Of a stretch of 64,000 nt of DNA, positions 42,393 through 52,362 are shown piece by piece; positions within the stretch are counted from its first letter, which is position 1, and every line of letters starts with the position of its first letter. The notes under the pieces were generated by a model. It saw nothing but the letters and a program-made list of their open reading frames with translations. It made no database searches and had not been told where the DNA came from. The DNA is from an uncultured delta proteobacterium. Its GTDB lineage: Bacteria; Myxococcota; Myxococcia; Myxococcales; Myxococcaceae. Made by a program: the position numbers and the translations under genes. The stretch lies in assembly GCA_963796055.1 (NCBI GenBank), contig CAWCKH010000002.1:176787-240786 (forward strand). Reading direction: 5' to 3'.

Positions 42393-42987
42393 GGGCTCGC
42401 CTGGTGACCGCAACCGCCGGGCCCGCACCGTGCTCATCGTCGACGATGATCTCGACGTACTGGAGGGCCTGGCGGAGATCGTCAGCGAGCACGAGCGCAG
42501 TCCCCTCGTGGCAATGAACGGGCGTGACGCCCTGGAAGTTCTCTCCCGGGTGGACGGACCGTGTCTCATCCTCCTCGACCTGTTCATGCCGGTGATGGAC
42601 GGGTTCCAGCTCCTCCGGGCGCTGGAGCGCTACCAGGCTCCGGAGGACTACCCGGTGGTGGTGATGACCGCCTCGAACGCGGCAACCCCGATTCACGCCA
42701 GTGTCGTGGCCCGGCTGAACAGGCCGTGCCCGCTGCAGGATCTCCTCTGGGTCCTGGACCATCTGGCGCCCTGGAACCGAGTGAGTCGCCGCATCGACGC
42801 GGACGGCTGGAATGAAGGAGACCCGCACGTCCCGGAGCCGCCCATCCGGACGGTAAGTCCAAGGAAGAACAACCCGGGATTTCAGTCAGGAGTCCGCTCA
42901 GGGCTCCCACGGGACGCGGAGTGTGGCACGGGACCTCGATTCCCTGCGGAGTCAGGCCTCTGGCAGGCCCGTCGCCCGGGCCAGTGA
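42385..42987 (+). CDS. Single-domain response regulator; tail runs into an IS91-like end
   Basis: VLIVDDD, LLDLFMPVMDG, VVVMTA; conserved KP appears as RP. Confidence 0.75.
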   Translation: MPEGSPGDRNRRARTVLIVDDDLDVLEGLAEIVSEHERSPLVAMNGRDALEVLSRVDGPCLILLDLFMPVMDGFQLLRALERYQAPEDYPVVVMTASNAATPIHASVVARLNRPCPLQDLLWVLDHLAPWNRVSRRIDADGWNEGDPHVPEPPIRTVSPRKNNPGFQSGVRSGLPRDAECGTGPRFPAESGLWQARRPGQ

Positions 42988-43208
42988 GTTTCAGACGCTG
43001 GACGGCACTCAGCAGAGGATGAGCTGCGGCGGGGAGGTGGCCGGGGCGAGGGGTAGTGGCCTGGAGGGGAGCCGGAGGTGCTCGAGGATGGCCCGGGGCA
43101 GTGGAGGAGTGTGAAGGAAGACGGCGACCACGCGGCGAGTGCTACCGCAGCGTGCGCAGTGGAGGACGTTGGCACCGAACGTCCTGCGGAGGAGCTCGGC
43201 CCAGGGGA
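42857..43208 (-). mobile_element. IS91-like 3' remnant: tnp C-terminus and terminus
   Basis: Reverse complement encodes PWAELLRRTF...ILEHLRLPS; ends gggttgttcttccttggac. Confidence 0.75.
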
Positions 43209-43424
43209 CGGGGCACCGGGGACGGTTCTCGCGGTGGAGGGTGAGGGCGGGGCGTCAGTGTGGCCCGAAGCACGGGGAACCGCCAGAACGACGCAGTGAG
43301 GTCCTCAGGATTCTCGCCTGCTGCCATGCTTCTCCACTCGCCGCGGCCGACTCCACCGCGTCTTAAGGGTGGCTTCAATTCGGAGGGGAGCGAGATACGT
43401 ACAACTTCGTGCTGGGGGTGCTCC

Positions 43425-43767
43425 GCTCGGGCCTGCGCTGGCCCTATGGTGACAAGCGCTGCGTGGTGATGACCCATCGGCCGGCCGAGGGGCGACACGG
43501 AGAGACCGCGTTTTCTGGAAAGCCCGGGGCACTGCTCGAGGAGCTGGGCACGCAGGGCGCTCAACACGTCTACGTCGACGGCGGCGTGGTGAACCGCAGC
43601 TTCCTGGCCTGCAGGCTGCTCGATCAGATCACGGTGTCGGTGGTATCGGGACAGGGATTCCCCTCTTCGGCGGAGTCGCGCTCGAGTCGGGCCCGGTGCT
43701 CGAGCAGGCCACGTCGTTCGAGAATGGAATCGCCCAGCTGCGCTACCGGGTGCAAACCTCGCCCTGA
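43425..43767 (+). pseudogene. DHFR/RibD-family C-terminal fragment, frameshifted
   Basis: WPYGDK, VYVDGG, G.GIPLF, FENGIAQLRY. Confidence 0.75.
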
Positions 43768-43795
43768 GTCGGACGCGGGGCTGGTGGTCAGCGCC

Positions 43796-44308
43796 TCAGC
43801 GAACCGGCTTCGCCGCGTCGGGCGGAGAAGGCCGGAGCCCCAGGCGCCGGCCCTCTCCGTTCCGGAGCAGCCAGTAGGTGACCCCCAGCGCCAGCAGTGC
43901 CACCGCGAGGCCGAGGATGGTCGAGGCCGGGACCAGGTTTAGGTCGAGGATGATGAACTTTCGCGTCAGGGCCAGCAGCGCGATCAGGATCACCGTCCTC
44001 ACCTGGATGATCCCGTTGGGGCGCGCCGAGGCGTGGACGATGCTGTGGCTGAACTCGAGCGCGATGAGGACGGTCATGATCGCCCCGAACACCGTCTGGA
44101 AGACCTCGTGTTCGAGTGGGTTGAGTGCCTGGACCAGCAGGAGCCGGACCACATCGGAGACCAGCCGGAACGAGGCCACGCAGACGATGAGGCCGATCGT
44201 CGCCGCGAGCACCCAGGTGATGAGCTGCTCGAACCGGCCGTAGAGGGATAGTGCCCTCCACTCATCGCGGGTGATCTCCCAGCCCTGCCTAGGGCCCTCG
44301 CCGTTCAT
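43796..44308 (-). CDS. PsiE family (phosphate-starvation-inducible) membrane protein
   Basis: FGAIMTVLIALEFSHSI...ALTRKFIILD. Confidence 0.85.
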   Translation of the reverse strand: MNGEGPRQGWEITRDEWRALSLYGRFEQLITWVLAATIGLIVCVASFRLVSDVVRLLLVQALNPLEHEVFQTVFGAIMTVLIALEFSHSIVHASARPNGIIQVRTVILIALLALTRKFIILDLNLVPASTILGLAVALLALGVTYWLLRNGEGRRLGLRPSPPDAAKPVR

Positions 44309-44424
44309 CGTCAGCGCACCCCTCCCCGCGACTGTGGCGTTTCCATCACTGATCCCCACTCGTTTCAAGTCCGCCGAAGCTGCTCTTTTCTGAAAAGCCT
44401 CACCGGGAGCAGAGTCGCCGCGCC

Positions 44425-46113
44425 ATGACTATGGCCCAGGCCGTCAGCGACGTCGTCCCGGACATTCCGCTGGACCGCCGGGAGATCGTCTACCCCAGGA
44501 TGACTCCAGCGCAGCTGGCCCGGATAGCTTCCTACGGAGCCCGCCGGGAGGTTCGTGCCGGAGAAGAGGTCTACCGGCAGGGAGACGAGCACGTTCACCT
44601 CTTCGTCGTGGTGAAGGGACAGCTGGACGTCGTCAGGCCCGGCCTCGATGGCGAACAGCTCATCGTCACCTGCGAGCCAGGCGAGTTCACCGGGGAGGTC
44701 AACCTCCTCTCCGGACGCCGTTCTCTGGTGACCGGGCGCATGCGAACCGATGGGGAGCTGCTGGACGTCCCGCCCCCGGGATTGCGGCGGCTGGTCGTCG
44801 CCGACGCGGAGCTGAGCGAGCTCCTGATGCGGACCTTCATCCTTCGCCGGGTCCTCCTCATCACCCGCCGGCTGGGAGACGTGGTGCTGGTGGGCTCACG
44901 GCGCAACCCCGGCACGCTCCAGCTGATGGAATTCCTGACCCGGAACGGCCACCCCTACGGATACCTCGACGTGGAGGAGGATCCGGCCGCCCAGAGCCTC
45001 CTCGACCAGTTCGGAGTGACGTCGAAGAACATCCCGGTCCTGATCTGGCGCGGGACCCGGGCGCTGCGCAACCCCACCGACGAGGCGGTGGCAGATCTCC
45101 TGGGGTTCAATGCCGGAGTGGACGTCGCCGGGGTCCGGGACGTCCTGGTGGTTGGCGCCGGCCCGGCAGGCCTCTCCGCGGCGGTCTATGCGGCGAGCGA
45201 AGGGCTCCAGGTCCTGGTGGTGGAAGCGCACGCCCCGGGTGGCCAGGCAGGCTCGAGCTCCCGGATCGAGAACTACCTGGGCTTTCCCACGGGGATCTCC
45301 GGCACCGCGCTGGCGGAACGGGCCTTCACCCAAGCTCAGAAGTTCGGGGCGGACATCGGGATCTCCCGGGTGGCCGAGCACCTCGAATGCTCGGCGCGGC
45401 CCTACACCATCACCCTGAGGAACGGGGATCGCCTCAGGGCGCGCACCGTGATCGTGGCGTCCGGTGCGCGATACCGGAAGCTCGACCTCCCCCATCGCGA
45501 GCGGTTCGACAACGCCGGCATCTACTACGGAGCGACCTTCGTCGAGGCCCAGCTCTGCGCCGGCGAGGAGGTGGCGGTGGTCGGGGGCGGCAACTCGGCT
45601 GGCCAGGCCGCGGCGTACCTCGCCACCATCGCCCACCACGTGCACATGCTGGTCCGGGGCGAGAACCTGTCCCAGACCATGTCCCGCTATCTGATCGAGC
45701 GCATCGAGGAGGACCCGCGCATCACCGTCCACACCTGCACGGTGATCGAGGCCCTCATCGGCGAGACGACCCTCGAGCGCGTCCGGTGGCGGAACTTGAA
45801 GACCGAAGAGGTCGAGGAACGCCCCATTCGCCTCGTCTTCTGCATGACCGGCGCGGAACCGAACACCGGCTGGCTCGCCGGCTGCGTGGCCATGGACGAC
45901 AAGGGCTTCGTGAAGACCGGACATGATCTGAGGCCCGACGAGCTGGAGAAGGCAGCTTGGCCACTGGAGCGGGCGCCGTATCTCCTGGAGACCTCGCGGC
46001 CGGGAGTCTTCGCCGTCGGCGACGTCCGGTCGGGCAACGTCAAGCGGGTCGCCTCGGCCGTCGGCGAGGGCGGTATCTGCGTTCAGCTGGTCCACAAGGC
46101 CCTGCTCGGCTGA
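44425..46113 (+). CDS. cNMP-binding domain fused to a thioredoxin-reductase-like FAD oxidoreductase
   Basis: GEEVYRQGD...PGEFTGE; GAGPAG; SSRIENYLGFP; GGGNSA. Confidence 0.92.
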   Translation: MTMAQAVSDVVPDIPLDRREIVYPRMTPAQLARIASYGARREVRAGEEVYRQGDEHVHLFVVVKGQLDVVRPGLDGEQLIVTCEPGEFTGEVNLLSGRRSLVTGRMRTDGELLDVPPPGLRRLVVADAELSELLMRTFILRRVLLITRRLGDVVLVGSRRNPGTLQLMEFLTRNGHPYGYLDVEEDPAAQSLLDQFGVTSKNIPVLIWRGTRALRNPTDEAVADLLGFNAGVDVAGVRDVLVVGAGPAGLSAAVYAASEGLQVLVVEAHAPGGQAGSSSRIENYLGFPTGISGTALAERAFTQAQKFGADIGISRVAEHLECSARPYTITLRNGDRLRARTVIVASGARYRKLDLPHRERFDNAGIYYGATFVEAQLCAGEEVAVVGGGNSAGQAAAYLATIAHHVHMLVRGENLSQTMSRYLIERIEEDPRITVHTCTVIEALIGETTLERVRWRNLKTEEVEERPIRLVFCMTGAEPNTGWLAGCVAMDDKGFVKTGHDLRPDELEKAAWPLERAPYLLETSRPGVFAVGDVRSGNVKRVASAVGEGGICVQLVHKALLG

Positions 46114-46174
46114 ACCGTCACTCCCCCGGAGAATCCCAGGGGGACGCCGGTGGAGCCGCGTCGCGCGGTCGCCG

Positions 46175-46295
46175 CTCTCCGTACGTCTTCTGCCACGACG
46201 ACGGACGGCCCTACACGCACTCGAAAGTGAAGGACGTGGTGCCGAACGCCTGCCGCCGCGCGGGGCTGGGGAAACGGCTGACCACGCATGGACTT
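46175..46295 (+). pseudogene. Fragment of an unrelated tyrosine integrase
   Basis: SPYVFCHDDG...ACRRAGLGKRLTTHGL, truncated at the HxLR box. Confidence 0.7.
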
Positions 46296-46616
46296 GATAA
46301 GTGACTTTCAGCTCCTGGCCATGAAGGAACGGTCGAGCATGTAACCGCCGGCCGTTCATCGATTCGAACGGGCGGGCAGCACGCGCTCAGACGTCGACGC
46401 TGGCGCTCAGCGAGAGGTGCGTGGGGCTGCCACCACGAAATAGCCGACGCCCGGAGGCCCCGGCGAGGCCCAGTAGCTCGCGCGTCCCTCTGTCGCCTGT
46501 ACGAACAAGGCCGTGCGCAAGGACGGGCACGCGCTCGAGTGGACTGTTTCACCAGTGCTCGCTTTACAGCCGTCAGCAGCCGGGTGTACGGCCCCGCGGA
46601 ACACCCGGGTGCGACC

Positions 46617-47360
46617 TTGATCCCGATCCGCGACACGATCCCGCACCGCCGCGCCCCAGTGATGACCTGGGCAATCATCGCGGTGAACGCCCTGGTCTTC
46701 CTCTATGAGCTGAGCTTGTCGCCGGACCAGCTCGAGGCCCTCATCTACCGCTTCGGCATCGTTCCGGCCCGCTACGGCCACCCGGACTGGGCCAACTGGG
46801 CGGGCCTGCAGGTCGACGACTACTGGCCGTTCTTGACCTGCATGTTCCTGCACGGGGGCTGGGCGCACATCATCGGCAACATGTGGACGCTGTGGATCTT
46901 CGGAGACAACGTCGAGGACCTGATGGGCCCGGTGCGGTTCCTGTTCTTCTATCTGCTCGCCGGACTGGTGGCGGGGCTGACGCACTACTTCCTGAACCTC
47001 CAGTCGACGCTCCCGACCGTGGGCGCATCGGGTGCCATCGCCGGCGTGCTAGGCGCCTACTTCGTCCGCTTTCCGCGCTCGCAGATCATCGTGGTGCTGC
47101 CCATCCTCTTCTTCCCCTTCTTCTTCGAGGTTCCCGCTTTCCTGTATCTGTTCTTCTGGTTCCTCAGCCAGATCTTCGGCGGGACGCTTGCCGGCCTGTC
47201 GTCCTCGGAGGTGGGCGGAATCGCCTTCTGGGCCCACGCCGGGGGGTTCGTGGCCGGGATGGTACTGCATCGGCTGTTCATCTATCCGCAGAGAGAGCGT
47301 CCCCGAACGTTCCAGCCCGACGAGCTGGGCCTGGAAGGCGCCTGGGGGAGTCGCGCATGA
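46617..47360 (+). CDS. Rhomboid family protease
   Basis: MFLHGGWAHIIGNM, VGASGA, WAHAGGF; TTG start. Confidence 0.93.
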   Translation: MIPIRDTIPHRRAPVMTWAIIAVNALVFLYELSLSPDQLEALIYRFGIVPARYGHPDWANWAGLQVDDYWPFLTCMFLHGGWAHIIGNMWTLWIFGDNVEDLMGPVRFLFFYLLAGLVAGLTHYFLNLQSTLPTVGASGAIAGVLGAYFVRFPRSQIIVVLPILFFPFFFEVPAFLYLFFWFLSQIFGGTLAGLSSSEVGGIAFWAHAGGFVAGMVLHRLFIYPQRERPRTFQPDELGLEGAWGSRA

Positions 47361-48244
47361 ACGGAACCGCGCAGGGAGGCGGCATGGACATCGGCCAGCT
47401 CATCTGGTTCTTCTTCCTCCTCTCGGCAATCCAGCCGGTGCTCAAGCAACGGATGCTGGAGAACGCCCGCCAGCGCCTCATCGCCCGGATCGAGCGGAGG
47501 AGGAAGACGCGGGTCATCCTCCTGGTTCATCGCCAGGAGACGATGAGCTTCCTCGGCTTCCCGGTCGTCCGCTACATCGACATCGACGACTCGGAAGCGG
47601 TGATGCGCGCGGTGGCGATGACCGATGCGGAGGTCGGCATCGATCTCGTCCTCCACACTCCGGGTGGGCTGGTGCTCGCGGCCACGCAGATCGCGCAGGC
47701 CATCCGGAGGCGCAAGGGGAAGGTCACGGTGTTCGTCCCGCACTACGCGATGTCCGGCGGCACGCTCATCGCACTGGCCGCGGACGAGATCGTGATGTCC
47801 TCGCACGCCGTGCTGGGCCCGGTCGATCCGCAGCTCGGACAGTTTCCGGCCGCCTCGCTGGTGAAGGTCCTCGCGCGCAAGCCGATCGAGAGGATCGACG
47901 ACGAGACGGTAATCATGGCCGACGTGGGCGAGAAGGCGATCGTCCAGCTTCGGGAGACGACCAGGGAGCTGCTCCAGCGGAGCCAGACCCCGGAGAGAGC
48001 GAAGGAGCTGGCCGACCTCCTCGCCACCGGCACCTGGACGCATGACTTTCCGATCACCACCGAGGTGGCGGAGAAGATGGGGCTGAAGGTCCGGACCGAC
48101 ATACCGGAGGACGTCTTCGAGCTGATGAGCCTCTACCCGCAGCCGATCCGGCGACAGCCTTCCGTCGAGTACCTCCCCGTCCGGCGGCAAGCGCCGGCCC
48201 CGGCCCCGGCCCCGGCCACCGCACCGCAGCGGCAGCCGCTCTGA
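47357..48244 (+). CDS. SDH-family ClpP-fold serine peptidase
   Basis: LHTPGG, YAMSGGT, LGPVDPQ, WTHD; ATGA overlap with the rhomboid gene. Confidence 0.9.
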   Translation: MNGTAQGGGMDIGQLIWFFFLLSAIQPVLKQRMLENARQRLIARIERRRKTRVILLVHRQETMSFLGFPVVRYIDIDDSEAVMRAVAMTDAEVGIDLVLHTPGGLVLAATQIAQAIRRRKGKVTVFVPHYAMSGGTLIALAADEIVMSSHAVLGPVDPQLGQFPAASLVKVLARKPIERIDDETVIMADVGEKAIVQLRETTRELLQRSQTPERAKELADLLATGTWTHDFPITTEVAEKMGLKVRTDIPEDVFELMSLYPQPIRRQPSVEYLPVRRQAPAPAPAPATAPQRQPL

Positions 48245-48636
48245 TCGGGGGCGGCGCTGTGGAGACCAGGACCCGAAACCTCGTCTCCCGCCGAGTGACG
48301 TACACCGGTGCATGGAACCAGGCAAGGTGCCGATCGATGGTTGCGTCCAAGGTGCGGGGGCGGGCTGGGGCCGCGCGGGGGCCCGCCGAGAGTCGCGGGA
48401 TGCCGCAGAGCGCGGCTCACTCCCGACTAAAGCTCCGAACGCTGGCCAGGCCCTGGAAGGCTGAAAACCACCTTCCGCAATCGATTGCGGGACCAACCTT
48501 TTCGGCCTCGAAATGGCTCTCGAATCGGCTCCAAAATACGCTCCGAAATACGCTCCCGGATCGCGCGCATTGTCGGGCCGTTCCACGGGCCAAATGCGGG
48601 GCCGATTCGGGCGGCCGTTTCTCAGGCATGTCGCGC

Positions 48637-48785
48637 CCTTCCGCCCTCGCCCACCCCGAGCCGCCTGCAGCACGGACAGCACCCCCGAGTTTCCCGCTCA
48701 CGCCCTCGCAACCATGAAACTGAGGGCGTGAGCGGAAAACTCTGGGTACCCCTGAAATTCAAACGGGGTGGGCGAGGGCGGAAGG
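48637..48785. repeat. Nested inverted repeats (22-bp perfect outer pair; 21-bp inner pair with 1 mismatch)
   Basis: 48637-48658 with 48764-48785, and 48687-48707 with 48722-48742. Confidence 0.9.
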
Positions 48786-48871
48786 ACCCTCATTTGTGGA
48801 GTCCTGATGAGGAAAGGTCTGGAGATGGAATGAGTGAGGAAGGGAGGGCAGTGAGAAAGGCGTGAGCAACG

Positions 48872-49086
48872 ATGGAACGTGCATCCCCCGAGCAGGTCGA
48901 GCAAGCCGGTCGGCGCCGGCGCCTGAGCGAAAGGACCGACAGCTGGTTGGCGCACTTGGACTCTGTCGGTACCTGACCATCCGGCAAGTCATCGAGCTTG
49001 GAGTGGGCGCCAAGACTGAGAAGCGGACCGGGTACAGGATCCGTGGACTCGCCGGCGAGGAAACCAGGTCCAAGGTGCGAGCGTGA
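48872..49086 (+). pseudogene. Truncated, frameshifted Replication-relaxation-like protein N-terminus
   Basis: RLSER/DRQLVGALGLCRYLTIRQVIEL after restoring one base near 48932. Confidence 0.5.
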
Positions 49087-49163
49087 GGCCCGCGCTGAGA
49101 GGCCTCGACGAAACCGAGCTCTTCGTCGGCCAGGCACTCCGAGGAGGGCGCCGGGCCACTCGG

Positions 49164-49194
49164 TTGACAATGAGTCCTATTTGGGTTCTATTCT
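49164..49194 (+). promoter_or_regulatory. Sigma70-like promoter, probably giving a leaderless transcript
   Basis: TTGACA-N19-TATTCT, with ATG 4 nt later and no RBS. Confidence 0.5.
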
Positions 49195-49198
49195 CAAC

Positions 49199-49525
49199 AT
49201 GGGAAGAACCCCGCTGCCGAAGGACGAGGCGCTTCAACCGCTCAACGTGAAGGTTCCCTCCGAGGACCTCTACTTCGTGCAGGAGATTCTCAAGCCCGCC
49301 CTGGGGGTGTCTTACAACGCCGAGGCGGTCCGGGAGGTTCTGGTCCAGCTCCGGACCTGCTTCCGGCTCCCCCAGTACGTCGTGGACGCTCTGGAGGCGG
49401 AGATGAAGGCCAAGAAGCTCAACATCCTCGGCTACGTCCAGGAGCTGCTCCTCCGGCGTTACGAGGCCCTCCGTGACCAGAAGCCGCCCTCCCCCGGAGT
49501 CTCGAGCCGTGGCCATCGTCGTTGA
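49199..49525 (+). CDS. Small DNA-binding protein, ribbon-helix-helix-like
   Basis: MGRTPL...PLNVKVPSED and TCFRLPQYVVDALE strand-helix patterns; first gene of the xis-int operon. Confidence 0.55.
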   Translation: MGRTPLPKDEALQPLNVKVPSEDLYFVQEILKPALGVSYNAEAVREVLVQLRTCFRLPQYVVDALEAEMKAKKLNILGYVQELLLRRYEALRDQKPPSPGVSSRGHRR

Positions 49526-49727
49526 GGGGCTGAAGGCCGACGGCCCGGCCTGGCTCACCCCCGAGCAGGCCGCGGACTACCTCGCTCTCCCCTCCCGGAG
49601 GGCCCTGTACCAGGCCGTCCGTCGTGGCCTCGTGCCAGGGCATCGCCTCGGCCGGCTCCTGCGCTTCTACCGTCCGGAGCTGGATCGCATCCTCCTCGCC
49701 CGGACCACCACGTCAGCTCCCGCGTAG
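49509..49727 (+). CDS. xis: Excisionase-like HTH (HTH_17)
   Basis: WLTPEQAADYL...ALYQAVRRGLVPGHRLGRLLRF. Confidence 0.85.
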   Translation: MAIVVEGLKADGPAWLTPEQAADYLALPSRRALYQAVRRGLVPGHRLGRLLRFYRPELDRILLARTTTSAPA

Positions 49728-49767
49728 TAGCGTCGCCCGCCGACGCCCGCCTGCCCAAGGAGAAGAC

Positions 49768-50820
49768 ATGGGCGTCGAGAAGTACCAAGCAGACGGGAAG
49801 AGCTGGTGGCGGGTGGACGCGTGGGTCATCGACCAGGAGGGCCGACGCGTCCGCTTCAGACGAAGACGCATTCCCACCCGGGAGCAGGCGTTGGCTGTGG
49901 CGGCGAAAGTCCAGGCGGAGTCATTCGAAGGAAACTTCCTGCCGCGAAAGCAGGTGCCTCGGCACACGGTGGCCGAGCTCTGGGACGCCTACGTCCCAGC
50001 CGCCCGCCGCGACCACGCCGCCTTCGACACGGACGCTGGACGGGCCCGGCACCTGCTCCGCCACCTCGGGAGCTCCCAGGCGCAGCGGCTCACGCTCCGG
50101 GAGGTGGACGGCTACCGAGGGGCCCGGCTTCAGGAAAAGACGCGGCGGGGCGCAGCTCCGGCCCCGGCGACGCTCGACCGCGAGGTGGAGCTTCTGAAGC
50201 GGGTGCTGGCCTACGCGGTCCGGGCGCGGCTCCTTCCGGAGCACCCGCTCCGGGACGTGCCGCTCCTCCGCAGGCCGAACGTGCGCCGGACGGTGCTGGA
50301 CGAGGAAGGCTTCGGGCGGCTCTTCGCAGCGGCGGAAGAGACGCTCCGGCCCATCCTCCTCGTGGCCTTCGACACGGGGATGCGGAAGGCGGAGATTCTC
50401 GAGCTGCGGTGGGATCAGGTCGACCTCGGGGCCGGGCACATCCGGCTCGAGGCCGAGGACACGAAGACGAATCAAGCCCGGCTGATTGTCCTCACCGAGG
50501 GGGTGAAACACGCGCTCCGTGCCCTCCCCCGCGGACTCGGACGGGCCTCGGTCTTCGTGAATCCAGCCACTGGCGCAGCATGGGTCGACATCCGCAGGCC
50601 CTTCCAGCGGGCGCTCGAGGCAGCGAAGCTCGAGGGCCTGTGGTTCCACGACCTGCGGCGGAGCTTCGTCACCCGCGCGCGCAAGCACCGAATCCCCGAG
50701 TAGGTGGTGATGCAAATGAGCGGGCACCGCACGCGCGCGGTGTTCGACCGGTACAACGTGGTGGACGACGAGGATCTGCGAGCGGCAGTGCGCGCGCTCG
50801 AAAATCCAGGACACTCTTAG
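49768..50820 (+). pseudogene. int: Tyrosine integrase paralog with an in-frame TAG at 50701-50703
   Basis: Same 1053-bp length as 16347-17399; TCG(Ser) is TAG here, upstream of SGH and the catalytic Tyr. Confidence 0.92.
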
Positions 50821-50899
50821 GACACAGTGACCGAAATGCGCCCCCAGAAACACCAAAGCCCCACCGTCCAAGTACCGGTAGGGCTTCAGCTTTTCGGGA

Positions 50900-50917
50900 T
50901 TGCGGGAGCCCGCATTT
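50900..50917 (-). other. Degenerate tRNA-fMet-derived att core
   Basis: ttgcgggagcccgcattt, at the same offset from int as 17480. Confidence 0.55.
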
Positions 50918-51179
50918 CGGACTGCCACAGACCACGTTCCGCGCGCTGGTGAGTTCGTCACGCGGCGCCGCAACGGTCCGCGTTCTTCGGCCCAAGCGGG
51001 CCGCCTGAACACAGCGCCTGGCCCAAAGTCCAGGTTACGCCCGGTAGGGTCCAGCCTACGCTGCTCTAAGACCAGCCGAAGCACCCGCTCCCGGACGTCC
51101 ATCGGGCGGCCAAGCGAGCTTTAACCGCTAATCCCCGGAGCCACAATCTCGCCGGACCCGACGGAGGAGTGACGAGCCC

Positions 51180-51282
51180 GTCCAGATTCCGCCCCGACCA
51201 CCGTCTCCAACCCCACGCTCCCCGTCATCCGCCGGCCTAACTCGGCTCCAGCCCCGAAAACCGCGGTTGTTCTTCCTTGGAC
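51180..51282 (+). mobile_element. IS91-like terminus
   Basis: cccgaaaaccgcggttgttcttccttggac. Confidence 0.65.
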
Positions 51283-51423
51283 CGGAAAGGTCGATGCGGA
51301 TCTCCACCGGCCGGTAGCGGGAGGCGACTGCGCGAAGCTGTGCCGGATCCCACAGGTTTGCCTCGGCCCGCACCGGCGCAACTGCGACGAGGAAAGCGAC
51401 CCCAAGAACCACCAGCCCTCGGT

Positions 51424-51900
51424 TCAAGGTGCGTAATGGGTAAAGACGTAGTCGTGCGCCTTGGCAGGCTCGTGGCACGGGAAGCAGGTCTTGTGCAACG
51501 CCTCGTCGCCTGGCTTTCCGTCCTTGAAGTCACCGAACCCCCAGCCACCCGTCGCGGCGTACTTCTTGGAGTCCTTGACCATGACCTGAATATTCAGGGG
51601 CGACCCGGCGACGAAGGATTGCGAGGCGAAACCGGCTTGCGCCAGGACCTTGTTGTTTTCTTCCGATGACTGGTAATTCCAATGCAAGGCCACGATGATT
51701 GCACCGTCCGGGAACGTACGCCTGCCGTCTCGAAAAGCCTTGAACGCGATGTCGTTGCCGACCTGAGCCCGTAATTGATTGAACTTCCCCGTGAGGTGGT
51801 TGACGGAGATCAACTTCCACTCACGGTATCCGGTTGGGATCGTGATGCCGTAGATCGGGGACGGGGCGAAAAGACTGTTCGACGCCGGTTGGTCGCTCAT
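51424..51900 (-). CDS. Cytochrome P460/c'-beta family protein (no cross-link Lys motif, no obvious signal peptide)
   Basis: PTGYREW, FPDGAIIVALHW, MVKDSKKY..TGGWGF, CFPCH. Confidence 0.88.
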   Translation of the reverse strand: MSDQPASNSLFAPSPIYGITIPTGYREWKLISVNHLTGKFNQLRAQVGNDIAFKAFRDGRRTFPDGAIIVALHWNYQSSEENNKVLAQAGFASQSFVAGSPLNIQVMVKDSKKYAATGGWGFGDFKDGKPGDEALHKTCFPCHEPAKAHDYVFTHYAP

Positions 51901-51909
51901 CGCGCGCCC

Positions 51910-52362
51910 TCAGGATGCTCCTCGGAGTCGATCGGCGCTGAACGGGAACACGGTACAGGACGCCAGGAGTAAACTCCCCCCAGCTGCGGAGAAGACGGAA
52001 AGGCTGAGCGGCGATTCGAGTCCCAACGCCACCGCCATTTCCAGGCCGAATGCCATGAGGAGGAGCCCACTGAAGAGCGCGGTCACCCTGGTGTACAGAC
52101 CGACAAGTAGAAGACCCCCCAGCAAACTCTCCGCACATGTCGCAAGAACGGCCAGCGCTGGGACGATTCCCTGCGAGACGAACCAGTTGAGCCTTCCTGT
52201 ATATGCGACGAATCGGGCGAAGTTCCCCCAGGCCACATTGGGCTGCCCAAATCCTCCCCACCAGCCGAACCGGTCTGCCACAGCGGAAAGGAAGGACAGC
52301 CCCAGCGCGAATCGCAAGAGCACCGAACTGAAACTGCCCAGCTTCTCGAACGACATCTTCAT
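51910..52362 (-). CDS. DoxX family membrane protein
   Basis: LLRFALGLSFLSAVADRFG...ESLLGGLLLVGLYTR. Confidence 0.85.
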   Translation of the reverse strand: MKMSFEKLGSFSSVLLRFALGLSFLSAVADRFGWWGGFGQPNVAWGNFARFVAYTGRLNWFVSQGIVPALAVLATCAESLLGGLLLVGLYTRVTALFSGLLLMAFGLEMAVALGLESPLSLSVFSAAGGSLLLASCTVFPFSADRLRGAS

